This document shows positions 20,806 through 30,704 of a stretch of 64,000 nt of DNA, one piece after another (the stretch's first letter is position 1; the number at the start of each line of letters is the position of its first letter). The position numbers were made by a program, and so were the translations under genes. The DNA is taken from NCBI GenBank assembly GCA_965203965.1, contig CBDBDR010000017.1, positions 544,001 through 608,000 of the forward strand, given 5' to 3'. This DNA is from Thermodesulfobacteriota bacterium (GTDB taxonomy: Bacteria > Desulfobacterota_D > UBA1144 > Nemesobacterales > JAJCZQ01). Below the pieces are notes generated by a model. The model did not search any database, was not told the DNA's origin, and was given only the letters and a program-made list of their open reading frames with translations.

Positions 20806-21759
20806 ATGCACACCAACAACCCTATATTAAAGCTGAAAAATGAAATGGACAGGCTTGTGGTCGGCCATAGCGACGTGAAAATGGCTTTACTCCTTGGTAT
20901 TGTCTCAAGGGAGCACATTTACATTGAAGGACCTCCCGGAACCGCAAAAACAATGCTGTCCGAGATAATTTCCTCCGCTGCCCAACTGAATTTCTTTTTC
21001 TACCAACTACATAGGGATACAAGACTCTCGGAGCTAATAGGCGATCTTGTAATTTCCAAGGAACAGACCGAAGAAGGTGAAATAATCAAGCAGAAGATTG
21101 TCAAAGGTGGAATTCTCAAGTCTGAAATATGTTTGCTGGACGATATATCAAGGGCCCCGGGTGAATCGCTCAACGTTTTATTGAGAATACTTAATGAGAG
21201 AAAGTTTTTTAACGAACCAATCCCACTACTTACCGCCATTGCTACAAGCAATCCGACCGCTGATGAATACTACAATGAACCCCTTGACCCTGCTAATCTG
21301 GACAGGTTCGTTCTTCAGGTAAAATCGCTTGGAATTTCTTATGGGAAAAAATGGAATGATGCAAAAAAAATAATTGAGCTTTATTCAGACAAACCACCAA
21401 GCAAGGAAATACCTGCCGCAGTGAGTAAAAAACTGTTTGATGAATATTATTCCAGAATTGGAGAGATGAAAATACCTGTTGAAGTCCAAGAAGGTCTTGC
21501 CAACTTCATTACAATATTAGTTGAAGACTATGGATTGGATGAATCCAATTCCCTGATCTCCGACAGAACATTCTTTGTAAAGTCATTAAAAATCATAAGG
21601 TCTCACGCACTTATTTCTAACAGGGAATCCTGCACTATGGAGGATTTGAAAGCCCTGAAGTATATGACTGTTTTTAGGATCCCAGAGGAGATATATAACA
21701 ATCTGGACGAAATCTTGAACAATCTTGACCGTAAAAAAAAAGTCAAGATGAACAACTGA
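20806..21759 (+). CDS. MoxR/RavA-like AAA+ ATPase
   Basis: EHIYIEGPPGTAKT Walker A, ICLLDD Walker B variant, LNVLLRILNER, ATSNP, NLDRF. Confidence 0.88.
   Translation: MHTNNPILKLKNEMDRLVVGHSDVKMALLLGIVSREHIYIEGPPGTAKTMLSEIISSAAQLNFFFYQLHRDTRLSELIGDLVISKEQTEEGEIIKQKIVKGGILKSEICLLDDISRAPGESLNVLLRILNERKFFNEPIPLLTAIATSNPTADEYYNEPLDPANLDRFVLQVKSLGISYGKKWNDAKKIIELYSDKPPSKEIPAAVSKKLFDEYYSRIGEMKIPVEVQEGLANFITILVEDYGLDESNSLISDRTFFVKSLKIIRSHALISNRESCTMEDLKALKYMTVFRIPEEIYNNLDEILNNLDRKKKVKMNN
21722..21749 (+). other. Candidate -1 frameshift / transcriptional slippage site (A9) flanked by an 8-bp inverted repeat
   Basis: atcttgac-cgt-A9(21733-21741)-gtcaagat; the -1 frame has TAA at 21732-21734 and is then open to 22916. 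Confidence 0.6.
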
Positions 21760-21803
21760 GAAAAAAACCCGACGAAGAACAGCTTTCGGAATTTGAACAG
21801 GTT

Positions 21804-22916
21804 ATGCCCGATGAGGAATTAAAGGAGAAACCTGATGAAGAATCCGACAAGGAAGCCCAGGAAGAAAGTATTTCCGAAGTTAGAAAGACTTTCTTTCAAG
21901 CCCTAAAAGAACTTAAAGACAATATTGATCAGGAAAACGACATGGCTCCTCCTGATGATTTGGATATTCCATCCGATCCAACTGGTCAACCGTTTGATGA
22001 TGGTAGCAATGAAAGCAAAGACAACAGTACAGATAAGATATTTGCGAGTAAATCAAAAAATTCCGGCAAAGATGACGACCTGAAAACACCTGGGAAAAGA
22101 AACACAGAAGGTGCTGATAACATTAAGATGATAATGAAAGTACTTGAGGGAAACTTCCAGCGAAATATTGCAAGAAGAACAAATCATCCTGGAGGTGTCC
22201 CGAGAAAATGGAAAACAATGGTTTCTTTTGATGAAGTGGAAGATATTGACCCACTTGAAGCATTTATCTGGGCTGATTGCGCATCTCCCCATCTACCAAG
22301 AGTCCAGAGGAGAGAAAAAGAGAGTCTAGGGGGTGAAATAGCGATCCTTAGGGATGTCAGTACCTCAATGATGGGAGTTTATAGTGAATGGTCTTCATCG
22401 GTTGTTCAGGGAGTTATAGAACTTGGCCGTTCAAAAAACATGAGGGTGGGTTACTTGGAATTCAATCACAAATCCTATAAATACAAGAAAGATTGCAGAT
22501 TTTTTACCAGAGATTACAAATGGATACTAAACATGTCATCTAACACTGAATGCTCCGGTAATACCAACTATGAAGATGCTTTGAGAGAGGCACTTTCGGA
22601 ATTTAGAGGCAGAGGATTGAGAAATAAGCATATTTTATTCATCACTGATGGTATCCCCACGTCCGGTGATTGCGACGTTGTCACTCAGAGAATGCTCGCA
22701 AAAAAACTTGGCGTTTGTATTCACTCTATTTTTATCGGCTCAAAAAACTACCCTAAAATTTTGCAAGTCGTCTCCGAGGAAACTATCGGCACACAATTTA
22801 TTGCATCAAGAGGAAAAGACGGCAATATAAAAATAGAAAGAAAAGACAAAGCAATAAAAAACAGTAAAGAACCGAAAATGCAGGTTGATCCTTTTATAAA
22901 AGTATTTACGAGTTAA
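21804..22916 (+). CDS. vWA-domain protein (ViaA-like) with acidic N-terminal linker; frame is open from 21735
   Basis: MIDAS DVSTS, SGNTNY, LFITDG. Confidence 0.85.
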   Translation: MPDEELKEKPDEESDKEAQEESISEVRKTFFQALKELKDNIDQENDMAPPDDLDIPSDPTGQPFDDGSNESKDNSTDKIFASKSKNSGKDDDLKTPGKRNTEGADNIKMIMKVLEGNFQRNIARRTNHPGGVPRKWKTMVSFDEVEDIDPLEAFIWADCASPHLPRVQRREKESLGGEIAILRDVSTSMMGVYSEWSSSVVQGVIELGRSKNMRVGYLEFNHKSYKYKKDCRFFTRDYKWILNMSSNTECSGNTNYEDALREALSEFRGRGLRNKHILFITDGIPTSGDCDVVTQRMLAKKLGVCIHSIFIGSKNYPKILQVVSEETIGTQFIASRGKDGNIKIERKDKAIKNSKEPKMQVDPFIKVFTS

Positions 22917-23911
22917 TTTTTCCCCTTCCCTTTTATATATTTCCTTATAGCACCGGCATGCTCTTTGTAATTTCTTGAGAAATGATGAGTTCCATTATCT
23001 TTCAAAACAAAAAACAGGTAATCGGCATCCGATGGACTTGAAGCAGCTAAAATTGAGTCTCTGCCGGGATTTGAGATGGGTCCCGGTGGCAAACCATAAA
23101 TTTTGTAGGTGTTGTAAATAGAACTAGTCTTTAGGTGCTTTCGGGTGACTCTTCCCTTGAAAGATTTTCCGTGTATATAAACAGCGGTCGGATCAGATTC
23201 AAGTTTCATTCCCTTTTTCAATCTGTTATGAAAAACGGCAGATACATGTTCTTTTTCATTGCTGTTTGCTGCTTCTTTCTCTATCATTGAGGCAAGTATA
23301 ACAATTTCATGGTCGGACAGTCCTATCCTGTTCTCTTTGCGAATTTGATCATATATATTTCTGAACCTGTCCGTCATGACTCTTATTACTTTACGAGCAT
23401 CAGTATCTTTTGAAAACATATAGGTATCAGGGTAAAGGTAACCTTCAAGGCTTTTTACCTCTGTGCCGATAAGTAGGCTCGCATAATTTCCATCCATAGC
23501 CCATCGGATAAACTCATCTCCATTTGCAACACTTTGCTCATCTAAAATTTCCGAGATCTCATACAGGTTTTTACCTTCCGGTATTGTGATCTTCCTAAGC
23601 CAAACCTTTCCACTTATAAAAGTATTTACAATTTCATTAAGACTCATACCTGAAGTTATTTTATACTCTCCAGCTTGCAGTTTGCCTTCCGAACCTTTCA
23701 GTAAAACGATCAGGAGAAACAAATGTTTGCTTCGGATAATACTGTTACTTTTAAGAATAGAACCTATTTCATCAGAAGTTGCTACCTTGGGAATTTCCAA
23801 TACTACTGAATCATTTGGATATCCATCCATGTAAACAAAGTAGTAGGCAGTTAATATAAAAAATAAAATTATCACTGTGCAAAACGTCAATATGAATCTA
23901 TTTTTCTTCAT
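22913..23911 (-). CDS. mltG: Endolytic transglycosylase MltG
   Basis: LQAGEY, TIPEG, LEGYLYPDTY, LASMIEKEA, LESDPT, GLPPGPISNPG. Confidence 0.95.
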   Translation of the reverse strand: MKKNRFILTFCTVIILFFILTAYYFVYMDGYPNDSVVLEIPKVATSDEIGSILKSNSIIRSKHLFLLIVLLKGSEGKLQAGEYKITSGMSLNEIVNTFISGKVWLRKITIPEGKNLYEISEILDEQSVANGDEFIRWAMDGNYASLLIGTEVKSLEGYLYPDTYMFSKDTDARKVIRVMTDRFRNIYDQIRKENRIGLSDHEIVILASMIEKEAANSNEKEHVSAVFHNRLKKGMKLESDPTAVYIHGKSFKGRVTRKHLKTSSIYNTYKIYGLPPGPISNPGRDSILAASSPSDADYLFFVLKDNGTHHFSRNYKEHAGAIRKYIKGKGKN

Positions 23912-25052
23912 TATCTTTGCTTATCACTGCAAGATCGTCCCTATGAACAATCTCGTTGCTGTATTTATAGCCCAGTATCCTTTCAATTTCAGATGTTTTA
24001 ACACCGATGATTCTTCTTATTTCATCAGAGTCGTATGAAACGATCCCTTTTGCAATTTCATTACCTTTATCATCAATACACAACACCGAATCACCAATCT
24101 CAAAATCACCTCTTATTTCTTTTATCCCTGATGGAAGCAGACTTTTCCCTTTTTCAACAAGAGCATCTTTTGCGCCTTTATCTACAATTATCTCACCACT
24201 GACCTGTAAATTAAAAACAATCCAGTGCTTTCTTGCATTCAATTTATCCTTTGACGGAAGCACAAATGTACCAATGTTCTCACCTTTTAATATTTTTAAA
24301 ATAACGTCTTCAACACATCCATTAGCAATGACAGAAGGCACCCCAAAAGCTGAAGCCTTTCTTGCTGCTTCAATTTTTGTTATCATCCCCCCAGTAGTAG
24401 TGGTGCCCATTGTATCTCTGGCAAGTTTTTCAAGACTATCATCAATAACTTCAACTAGAGAAATAGGCAAAGCATCACTGGTTTTGCTTGAATATTCTCT
24501 GTATATACCGTCAATATTGGTAAGCAATATCATAAGATCTGATCCTGTCAGTGAGGTTACAAGGGAAGCCAGATTATCATTATCTCCAATCATAATCTCT
24601 TCCACAGCAACAGAATCGTTTTCATTAACAATCGGCACAATTTCCATTTGAAGGAGTTTATGTATTGTTCTTCTCGCATTCAGGAATCTTTTACGATTTG
24701 ACAATCCGTCATGGGTAAGAAGTATCTGGGCAACATTTACACCAAAAGATGAGAAAGCCTTTTCATAATTCCACATAAGCAAGCCCTGCCCACAAGCTGC
24801 AATCGCCTGCTTTAAATGTATTTCAGGAGGTTTTTTCTTGAGGTTTAATTTCTTCATTCCGGAAGCAATTGCACCTGAAGACACAACAATAACTTTAAGA
24901 CCATTTCTCTGTAATTCAACTATCTGAGAGGCCAGGTCGCCAAACCTCTCTTCAACAAGATTACCCTCGCTATCAGTCAAAATACTGCTTCCAATTTTAA
25001 GGACAATTCTTTTAATTCTTGATAAAAATACTTTACGATCAAACTTGTTCAT
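23898..25052 (-). CDS. proB: Glutamate 5-kinase with PUA domain
   Basis: LKIGSS, VSSGAI, NENDSV, GDNDNL, GGMITK. Confidence 0.96.
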   Translation of the reverse strand: MNKFDRKVFLSRIKRIVLKIGSSILTDSEGNLVEERFGDLASQIVELQRNGLKVIVVSSGAIASGMKKLNLKKKPPEIHLKQAIAACGQGLLMWNYEKAFSSFGVNVAQILLTHDGLSNRKRFLNARRTIHKLLQMEIVPIVNENDSVAVEEIMIGDNDNLASLVTSLTGSDLMILLTNIDGIYREYSSKTSDALPISLVEVIDDSLEKLARDTMGTTTTGGMITKIEAARKASAFGVPSVIANGCVEDVILKILKGENIGTFVLPSKDKLNARKHWIVFNLQVSGEIIVDKGAKDALVEKGKSLLPSGIKEIRGDFEIGDSVLCIDDKGNEIAKGIVSYDSDEIRRIIGVKTSEIERILGYKYSNEIVHRDDLAVISKDNEEK

Positions 25053-25098
25053 CTAATAGAAAGGTTATTTTACCAAATAATGAAAAGAGTTGTATCTA

Positions 25099-25127
25099 TT
25101 GACAAATAATAACCCTCAAGCTATCTT
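25099..25127 (+). promoter_or_regulatory. sigma70 promoter of the first tRNA-Gly
   Basis: TTGACA (25099-25104), 17 nt, TATCTT (25122-25127). Confidence 0.75.
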
Positions 25128-25141
25128 TGACATCCGTCTAT

Positions 25142-25218
25142 GCGGGGATAGCTCAGTTGGCTAGAGCGTCTGCTTGCCAAGCAGAAGGTCGCGGGTTCGA
25201 ATCCCGTTCCCCGCTCCA
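25142..25218 (+). tRNA. tRNA-Gly(GCC)
   Basis: Cloverleaf, anticodon arm TCTGC-TTGCCAA-GCAGA, GTTCGAAT T-loop, U73 and encoded CCA. Confidence 0.97.
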
Positions 25219-25245
25219 TTTTCCGACAGCATCTAATACAATTAA

Positions 25246-25273
25246 TTGACAAAAACAAACCTCAAGCTATCTT
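25246..25273 (+). promoter_or_regulatory. Duplicated sigma70 promoter of the second tRNA-Gly
   Basis: TTGACA (25246-25251), 16 nt, TATCTT (25268-25273); shares cctcaagctatctttg with the first copy. Confidence 0.7.
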
Positions 25274-25287
25274 TGGCACCCACCTAT

Positions 25288-25364
25288 GCGGGGATAGCTC
25301 AGTTGGCCAGAGCATCTGCTTCCCAAGCAGAGGGTCGCGGGTTCGAATCCCGTTCCCCGCTCCA
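25288..25364 (+). tRNA. tRNA-Gly(CCC)
   Basis: Anticodon arm TCTGC-TTCCCAA-GCAGA; 4 differences from the GCC copy; encoded CCA. Confidence 0.96.
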
Positions 25365-25382
25365 GAGTTTTTTGTCAACCAT

Positions 25383-26189
25383 ATGAAAATAATTGTTTTC
25401 TCACATATTTTTCTTTTATTTTTTATTGCAAGTATTGGCTTCACAAAACCAACTGGTGAGTCCATCTCAATAGGAAAGAGAACGGCAGGGTGTATAAAAA
25501 ATTCTGCAATATTGCCGGTTGATGGTTTTGGTTATCAGGTAATCAGAACCAGTAGAAAGAGTAACTACGGTCATAAACAACTTATAATCTTGATTGAAAA
25601 CCTCGCGTCAAAGGCTAAATCAACTCACAATGTAACTCTTTTAGTAGCGGATATATCCAAGAAAAACGGCGGTCCCATGCCTAAATACCATGATAGCCAT
25701 CAGAACGGGTTGGATGTTGATATACTCTACATACATAAAAACAAGAGTAAAAATCAAAGATACTCAACAAAGGAAAGAGAAAAGATCTCACCGCGCTCAG
25801 TTATTAACACAACCCAAACGACAGTTGATCCTAACAAATGGGATTTGGTCAACGGTGAGATCTTAAAATTAGCTTCATTTCACCACAATGTTGATCGTAT
25901 TTTTGTCAATCCCTTAATAAAGAAGGAACTTTGCTTGAAATACCACAACGAAAAATGGCTTAAAAAAATCAGACCATGGTGGAAACATGACAAACATTTT
26001 CATTTAAGACTCAAGTGTCCCGTGAACAGTATAAAATGTGATCCCAGCCCTAAAATTCCAAAAGGAACAGGTTGTGGAAGCGATTTGGAATGGTGGTTTT
26101 CAAAAAAGGCACACAAAAAAGGAATAAAAAGAATTACAAACTCAAAGAAAAAGAAAGTAATGCTTCCGAAAGAATGTGACGAAATTTAG
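25383..26189 (+). CDS. mepA: Penicillin-insensitive murein endopeptidase
   Basis: Signal-peptide-like N-terminus, GCIKN, HDSHQNGLDVD, RIFVNP, RPWWKHDKHFHLRLKCP. Confidence 0.88.
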   Translation: MKIIVFSHIFLLFFIASIGFTKPTGESISIGKRTAGCIKNSAILPVDGFGYQVIRTSRKSNYGHKQLIILIENLASKAKSTHNVTLLVADISKKNGGPMPKYHDSHQNGLDVDILYIHKNKSKNQRYSTKEREKISPRSVINTTQTTVDPNKWDLVNGEILKLASFHHNVDRIFVNPLIKKELCLKYHNEKWLKKIRPWWKHDKHFHLRLKCPVNSIKCDPSPKIPKGTGCGSDLEWWFSKKAHKKGIKRITNSKKKKVMLPKECDEI

Positions 26190-26248
26190 ATTTTTTAAAT
26201 TGTATGGAAAAACCATAAATTAGTTGGTTATGTTACTTGGTTCGTCTT

Positions 26249-28570
26249 TTACCCATCGCCGTTTCTTTTCTTAGTAGACCCTTTTTTATTTACATTCTTT
26301 ACAGAGGAGATGTCTTTTTTGGCAATAAGATCTCTTAATGCAATTTGATCAGGTTCCACAAGTCTTTCTACATTTTCCTTGCTGATGCTGCAGACAATTA
26401 TATGACCGATTTCCGTATTGACATCATTAAAAATTTTGATTTTTTTCATACCTTGTGTCTGCTTCATATTATCGTTAGTCGGACTAACATAATGAACTGA
26501 CAGTGCGTTATAACGATAAAACAAAAACAGGCTAATCAAAGTCATTAGTCTCTTCTGTCTGAAATCAAGATTAAACGTATTCTGATCTCTTATGGAAAGG
26601 ATTACCTTTCCTTCTCTGTCTTGAAATGTTTCAAAAATAACATCTGCCATCTTGGTATTGGATTTGTCAATAATGTTCAACTCAAGCACGTTCATACCCA
26701 CTGTATGGGGTTTCAATTCCACACGTAGCTTCTTTCTAATGTTGTAATGTTTAACCCAGGTAGCAATCCACTCTTCCAAAATCTTAGGCGAGGCTTCTGT
26801 CTGTACAAGATGTTGGAACTGAGTTGAACCTTTACCCATCGCCTTTGTTGTTGCAGTTCTCCCCGAACTCGCAACCAGGGCACCATCAAGTCTTGGTCCA
26901 CCAACATGCGTTTGAGGGGTTTTATATGGTGAATCTATCAGCCTAAGCCTTCTCTGAACACGGGCAAGTGCAAGCATACCATCCTCTTGAAGTGCCTGTG
27001 AAAACTCTTCAGCTGCAAGACCATCAATCTGATGACCACCATAAGTAATAAAATCAAAAACAAATCCAAATTTTCCAATTTCTTTTGGAAAATTTTTCAT
27101 TTCCTCATCGGTCATACCCGTTGTATCCCAATTGAACGAGGGGGAAAGATTATAGGCAAGCATCTTTTCAGGGTGTACTTTGTGAATAGCATCTGCAAAC
27201 TGTTTTGCGTCCTTAATGTCTGCGGTTTTTGTTTCCATCCATAACAGATCACAAAATGGTGCAACGGCCAACGATTTTGCTATTGCGTATTCAATACCTC
27301 CTCTGACCTGGTAATACCCTTCTGGTGTGCTTGAAAGCTCACAGTCCCATTTAAGGTTCACTCCAATGTCTTCTGCCTTTATTTTTGCCTCTTCAATAGA
27401 TGCAGTCCTGGCAAACTCTTGCCACTCACCAACCGTCATACTAAACTTTGCCCCTTCCCGAATACTGAACTCCATAATATCTGTAACAGCCTCTCCAATT
27501 GTGGTCAATCCAGATTCCGATTCCCATATTTTCACAAATTGAGTGACAATTTTATCAAATGTACTTTCAAATTCAGATGTCTCTTTTGTCTTCAAAAACT
27601 TTATACTACCGTCAATAAAGTCAAATATACCGCAATTCTCAAGCCATTTATCAACTCTTTCTTCAGTAGGACTAGATGGATAACCATAAAGTAAATGACC
27701 GCTAACATCCTTCACACCTTTTTTGCTTATTCTTCTCAATATTGCAATGTAACAACTCTTATAGCTTGGAACATTCAGATTGGTAGCACCAAGTATAAAC
27801 GGATGATCTCTCTCATCATTCTTATTGTCCAACAGGTTGGCAGCTTCGGCGTCTGTTCTGGCTACAATAATCCCGGGCACTCCCATAATATCCAATTGAA
27901 ATCTTGCAGTGTTAAGCCTCTTGATCTGTTCATCAACAGAAACTAAAACCTTTCCACCTTGGTGCCCACATTTTTTTGTGCCGGGTCTTTGATCCTCAAT
28001 GTGGTAGCCTGTAACACCGACCTCAACAAATCTGCGAATCAAGTTTCTGATGTGAGCATCCCCTCCGTGTCCCGTATCTGCATCTGCAATAATAAAAGGC
28101 CTATAATCTATCTCCGAGGTTTCCGCTCTCTCTTTTGGTGTCATTCTTGATCTCATATATTTCTGGTTCTTATCAGCTGACAGGAGTGCTCTTACTATTG
28201 ATGCTGCCTCATCTGGCACCTGACTCAACGGGTAGCTTGCAAGATCCGCGCCCTGATCTTCCGTAACGGACCCTTTGGCGGAAGTGGCCCAACCTCCGAG
28301 GTATATTCCCTTTATACCTTTTCTTTTCATCATTATTGCTTGTCCAGGTGAATAGGGGCCAAAACTTGTTATTTGTTGACCCTTTTTAAACAAACTTCTT
28401 AAAAGGTCATAAAACTCTGTTGCCATTTTTCTGGTAATGGAATATTCTCTCTGGATTGTTCCTCTTTGCTCAACAACCTGCCTTGCGGAGTAAAGGCGTG
28501 TGATATTCATAAAACGGGGACTGTCAAAATATTCCTGAGTTTGCTTAATTTCTTTTTCAAATAAAGACAT
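26249..28570 (-). CDS. aceA: Isocitrate lyase, long ICL2 type with C-terminal extra domain
   Basis: [42 protein letters not shown]-terminal RDQNTF...RQKRLMTL...VHYVSPT. Confidence 0.93.
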   Translation of the reverse strand: MSLFEKEIKQTQEYFDSPRFMNITRLYSARQVVEQRGTIQREYSITRKMATEFYDLLRSLFKKGQQITSFGPYSPGQAIMMKRKGIKGIYLGGWATSAKGSVTEDQGADLASYPLSQVPDEAASIVRALLSADKNQKYMRSRMTPKERAETSEIDYRPFIIADADTGHGGDAHIRNLIRRFVEVGVTGYHIEDQRPGTKKCGHQGGKVLVSVDEQIKRLNTARFQLDIMGVPGIIVARTDAEAANLLDNKNDERDHPFILGATNLNVPSYKSCYIAILRRISKKGVKDVSGHLLYGYPSSPTEERVDKWLENCGIFDFIDGSIKFLKTKETSEFESTFDKIVTQFVKIWESESGLTTIGEAVTDIMEFSIREGAKFSMTVGEWQEFARTASIEEAKIKAEDIGVNLKWDCELSSTPEGYYQVRGGIEYAIAKSLAVAPFCDLLWMETKTADIKDAKQFADAIHKVHPEKMLAYNLSPSFNWDTTGMTDEEMKNFPKEIGKFGFVFDFITYGGHQIDGLAAEEFSQALQEDGMLALARVQRRLRLIDSPYKTPQTHVGGPRLDGALVASSGRTATTKAMGKGSTQFQHLVQTEASPKILEEWIATWVKHYNIRKKLRVELKPHTVGMNVLELNIIDKSNTKMADVIFETFQDREGKVILSIRDQNTFNLDFRQKRLMTLISLFLFYRYNALSVHYVSPTNDNMKQTQGMKKIKIFNDVNTEIGHIIVCSISKENVERLVEPDQIALRDLIAKKDISSVKNVNKKGSTKKRNGDG

Positions 28571-28605
28571 TCTATAACTAATCTCCTTTTGATTTTAATT
28601 GAAAC

Positions 28606-30489
28606 TCAATTTTGTAACTCAAAATCAAGGTTCTCGGTAATTCTACTTCCGTTTTCTTTAAATTTATTCATATATAGTTCAATTCTTTCCTTTGCTGTTT
28701 CCAAATTATGATTGTTTAAATTAATGTTGAGTAAATCAATATACCAAGGAGTTTTCACTTCATCAATTACATAGGATCTTACTATCTCCCTGGCAATGGG
28801 AAGTGTGGTATCCTTGGATATATCATATACATCTTTGTCTCTCGCATTAAGGAGTTTTTGGTATTCTTCATCCAGAAGCCTTTTAAACAGGTCAAGTGTA
28901 AAAATATCCCCGGCTTTTACTCCTGAACCAGAATCATCTTCAGTCATTCTGGCGCCTTTGTGTAGCCACTCCCAAAGTATGCTTAACCTAATCTCTCCAG
29001 TAGCTGCATCTTCCATGAGATAAAGTATGTTATCATCTTCAAAGAAATCCGCCGGCTTGAGTGCAGCCGCCTGAAAACCCTGTCCAAAAGCATTACCATA
29101 TTGAAGTGCTACGCTCAACAAATTTCTTGCTCCCCTGATTGTTCTCGCTTCCGGTTCAAGCTGAGTAAGACCCAATTCATCTTTTTCAGTATAAGTAAGG
29201 GGAAGAAATTTCCTGCCGAGTTGATTATTCTCTCCCATTTTTTCCCAGACAGGTCTTACAATATGAACCATTTTCCAGTGAGCAACCCATTTACCACTTG
29301 CACCTTCACGCTGCTCTCGCTTTGCGCCTGTAATTGCTTTTTCCATACTATTTGATACTCCTTCTTCACTGCCAACTGGAATATTTGGTTCCATTCCTCC
29401 CTGCCATAGAGCATATTTGCCGTTAGCATCAGGAGTGTTCACAGCACGGCGGACACGATCTTCATAGTTTCTCATGTAGGAATAGGTCATTGTAATTGAC
29501 TCAATATTGGGGTTTATAAAATCGACGTCCCATGCCATTGCATCCGCTACACTATTTATGTAATCCCATCTACCCGTATTGAAACCTACAAAGTGTTTCC
29601 CAAGCACAGCACGAATCTCCATCAATTGGTATGTTTCTTCAAGCTGTTCAATCAAAACATAAACCTTAATAGTCCCTATTTTTAAATTCAAATGATTCTC
29701 AAGTGCGGATATAATCTTATTCCAAAGCACTGCTTCCTCTGCAGTCTGGATTTTAGGCAGATAAAGAACAAGAGACCTGTTATTTTTAATTAGTTCTTTA
29801 TAAATGTTTACAACATATAAAACTAAATCCACAATAGATGCAGACATTGCTATACCGTTTTCATCGCGAATATGCCTGTCGTCAAGATGAAGCCCTCTCG
29901 CCCGGAAAATTACAGTTGTAAAATCAAGTTGATCTTTCCAATTTTCAATTATATTGTGTCCAAAAAACTCATTGCCCCATTTATTCATAGTGTCTGCAAT
30001 TTTTTCAGCAACATTAAGAAATAATGTGTCCCTGTATATTGCAAGTTTAAGATTCCTGATGTTATCAAGCGACATACTGTTGATCTGTCCAAGAGCATCT
30101 TCACCATCAAACATCCAACCATCTGCACCAGACAGAAGAGCATAAGCCACATTCCGTATACTGGCTTTCACAGGAGAACCAGGTTTTGCAGCGGGACCGG
30201 TTCCCTGTATCCATTGTCTTTGAAGATCATGTGGTATTTCTCCTCCTTCAAATTTGCCATCTCGTACATCCTGAACCTTAAGGTTTGTTCCAGGTATTAT
30301 TTCATCCGGCCTGAGGAAGGTAATTCTTTTTTTATTTTTATACCTATCTTCTCTTAATTGGTACCTCTTATTCATGAGATTTTTTTGATCTTTATTGAAT
30401 TTTGAAAGTAATTCTAGAGCCTCCAAAGACTCGGGAGTATATACATCTGGGTATTGTTTTTTTAAATCACCTATTACATGCAAACTCAT
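28606..30489 (-). CDS. aceB: Malate synthase (A-like, extended)
   Basis: MFDGEDA, FRARGLHL, YLPKI, VLIE, GFNTGRWDY, MEDAATGEI; directly upstream of ICL. Confidence 0.88.
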   Translation of the reverse strand: MSLHVIGDLKKQYPDVYTPESLEALELLSKFNKDQKNLMNKRYQLREDRYKNKKRITFLRPDEIIPGTNLKVQDVRDGKFEGGEIPHDLQRQWIQGTGPAAKPGSPVKASIRNVAYALLSGADGWMFDGEDALGQINSMSLDNIRNLKLAIYRDTLFLNVAEKIADTMNKWGNEFFGHNIIENWKDQLDFTTVIFRARGLHLDDRHIRDENGIAMSASIVDLVLYVVNIYKELIKNNRSLVLYLPKIQTAEEAVLWNKIISALENHLNLKIGTIKVYVLIEQLEETYQLMEIRAVLGKHFVGFNTGRWDYINSVADAMAWDVDFINPNIESITMTYSYMRNYEDRVRRAVNTPDANGKYALWQGGMEPNIPVGSEEGVSNSMEKAITGAKREQREGASGKWVAHWKMVHIVRPVWEKMGENNQLGRKFLPLTYTEKDELGLTQLEPEARTIRGARNLLSVALQYGNAFGQGFQAAALKPADFFEDDNILYLMEDAATGEIRLSILWEWLHKGARMTEDDSGSGVKAGDIFTLDLFKRLLDEEYQKLLNARDKDVYDISKDTTLPIAREIVRSYVIDEVKTPWYIDLLNINLNNHNLETAKERIELYMNKFKENGSRITENLDFELQN

Positions 30490-30704
30490 AGAAACTTCTC
30501 CTCATCTATGTAGATAAAACTTTATATAATACAAAAACTGAAAAAAAAAGCCAGTATAATTTAATAATACTTGATACTCAAAAGGTTGGAAATTGAGGAA
30601 TTTTTTAACTTTTAATTAACTATATAGAATTTTTGAAAACAAAATATAAAAAATAACATATAATTAAATGCACTGAAAATAATACCAACTTTGTAACAAC
30701 TTTT

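Noticed and set aside
24007..24651. Long antisense ORFs (also 19929-20405, 52349-52951, 48774-49238)
   Set aside because: They lie opposite well-supported genes or repeats and show no motifs; expected shadows of codon bias
25262..25465. 67-aa minus-strand ORF
   Set aside because: Antisense shadow of tRNA-Gly(CCC) and mepA
25142..26189. Genomic island integrated at tRNA-Gly
   Set aside because: No integrase and no distant partial tRNA 3' repeat; both tRNA copies are complete and have promoters
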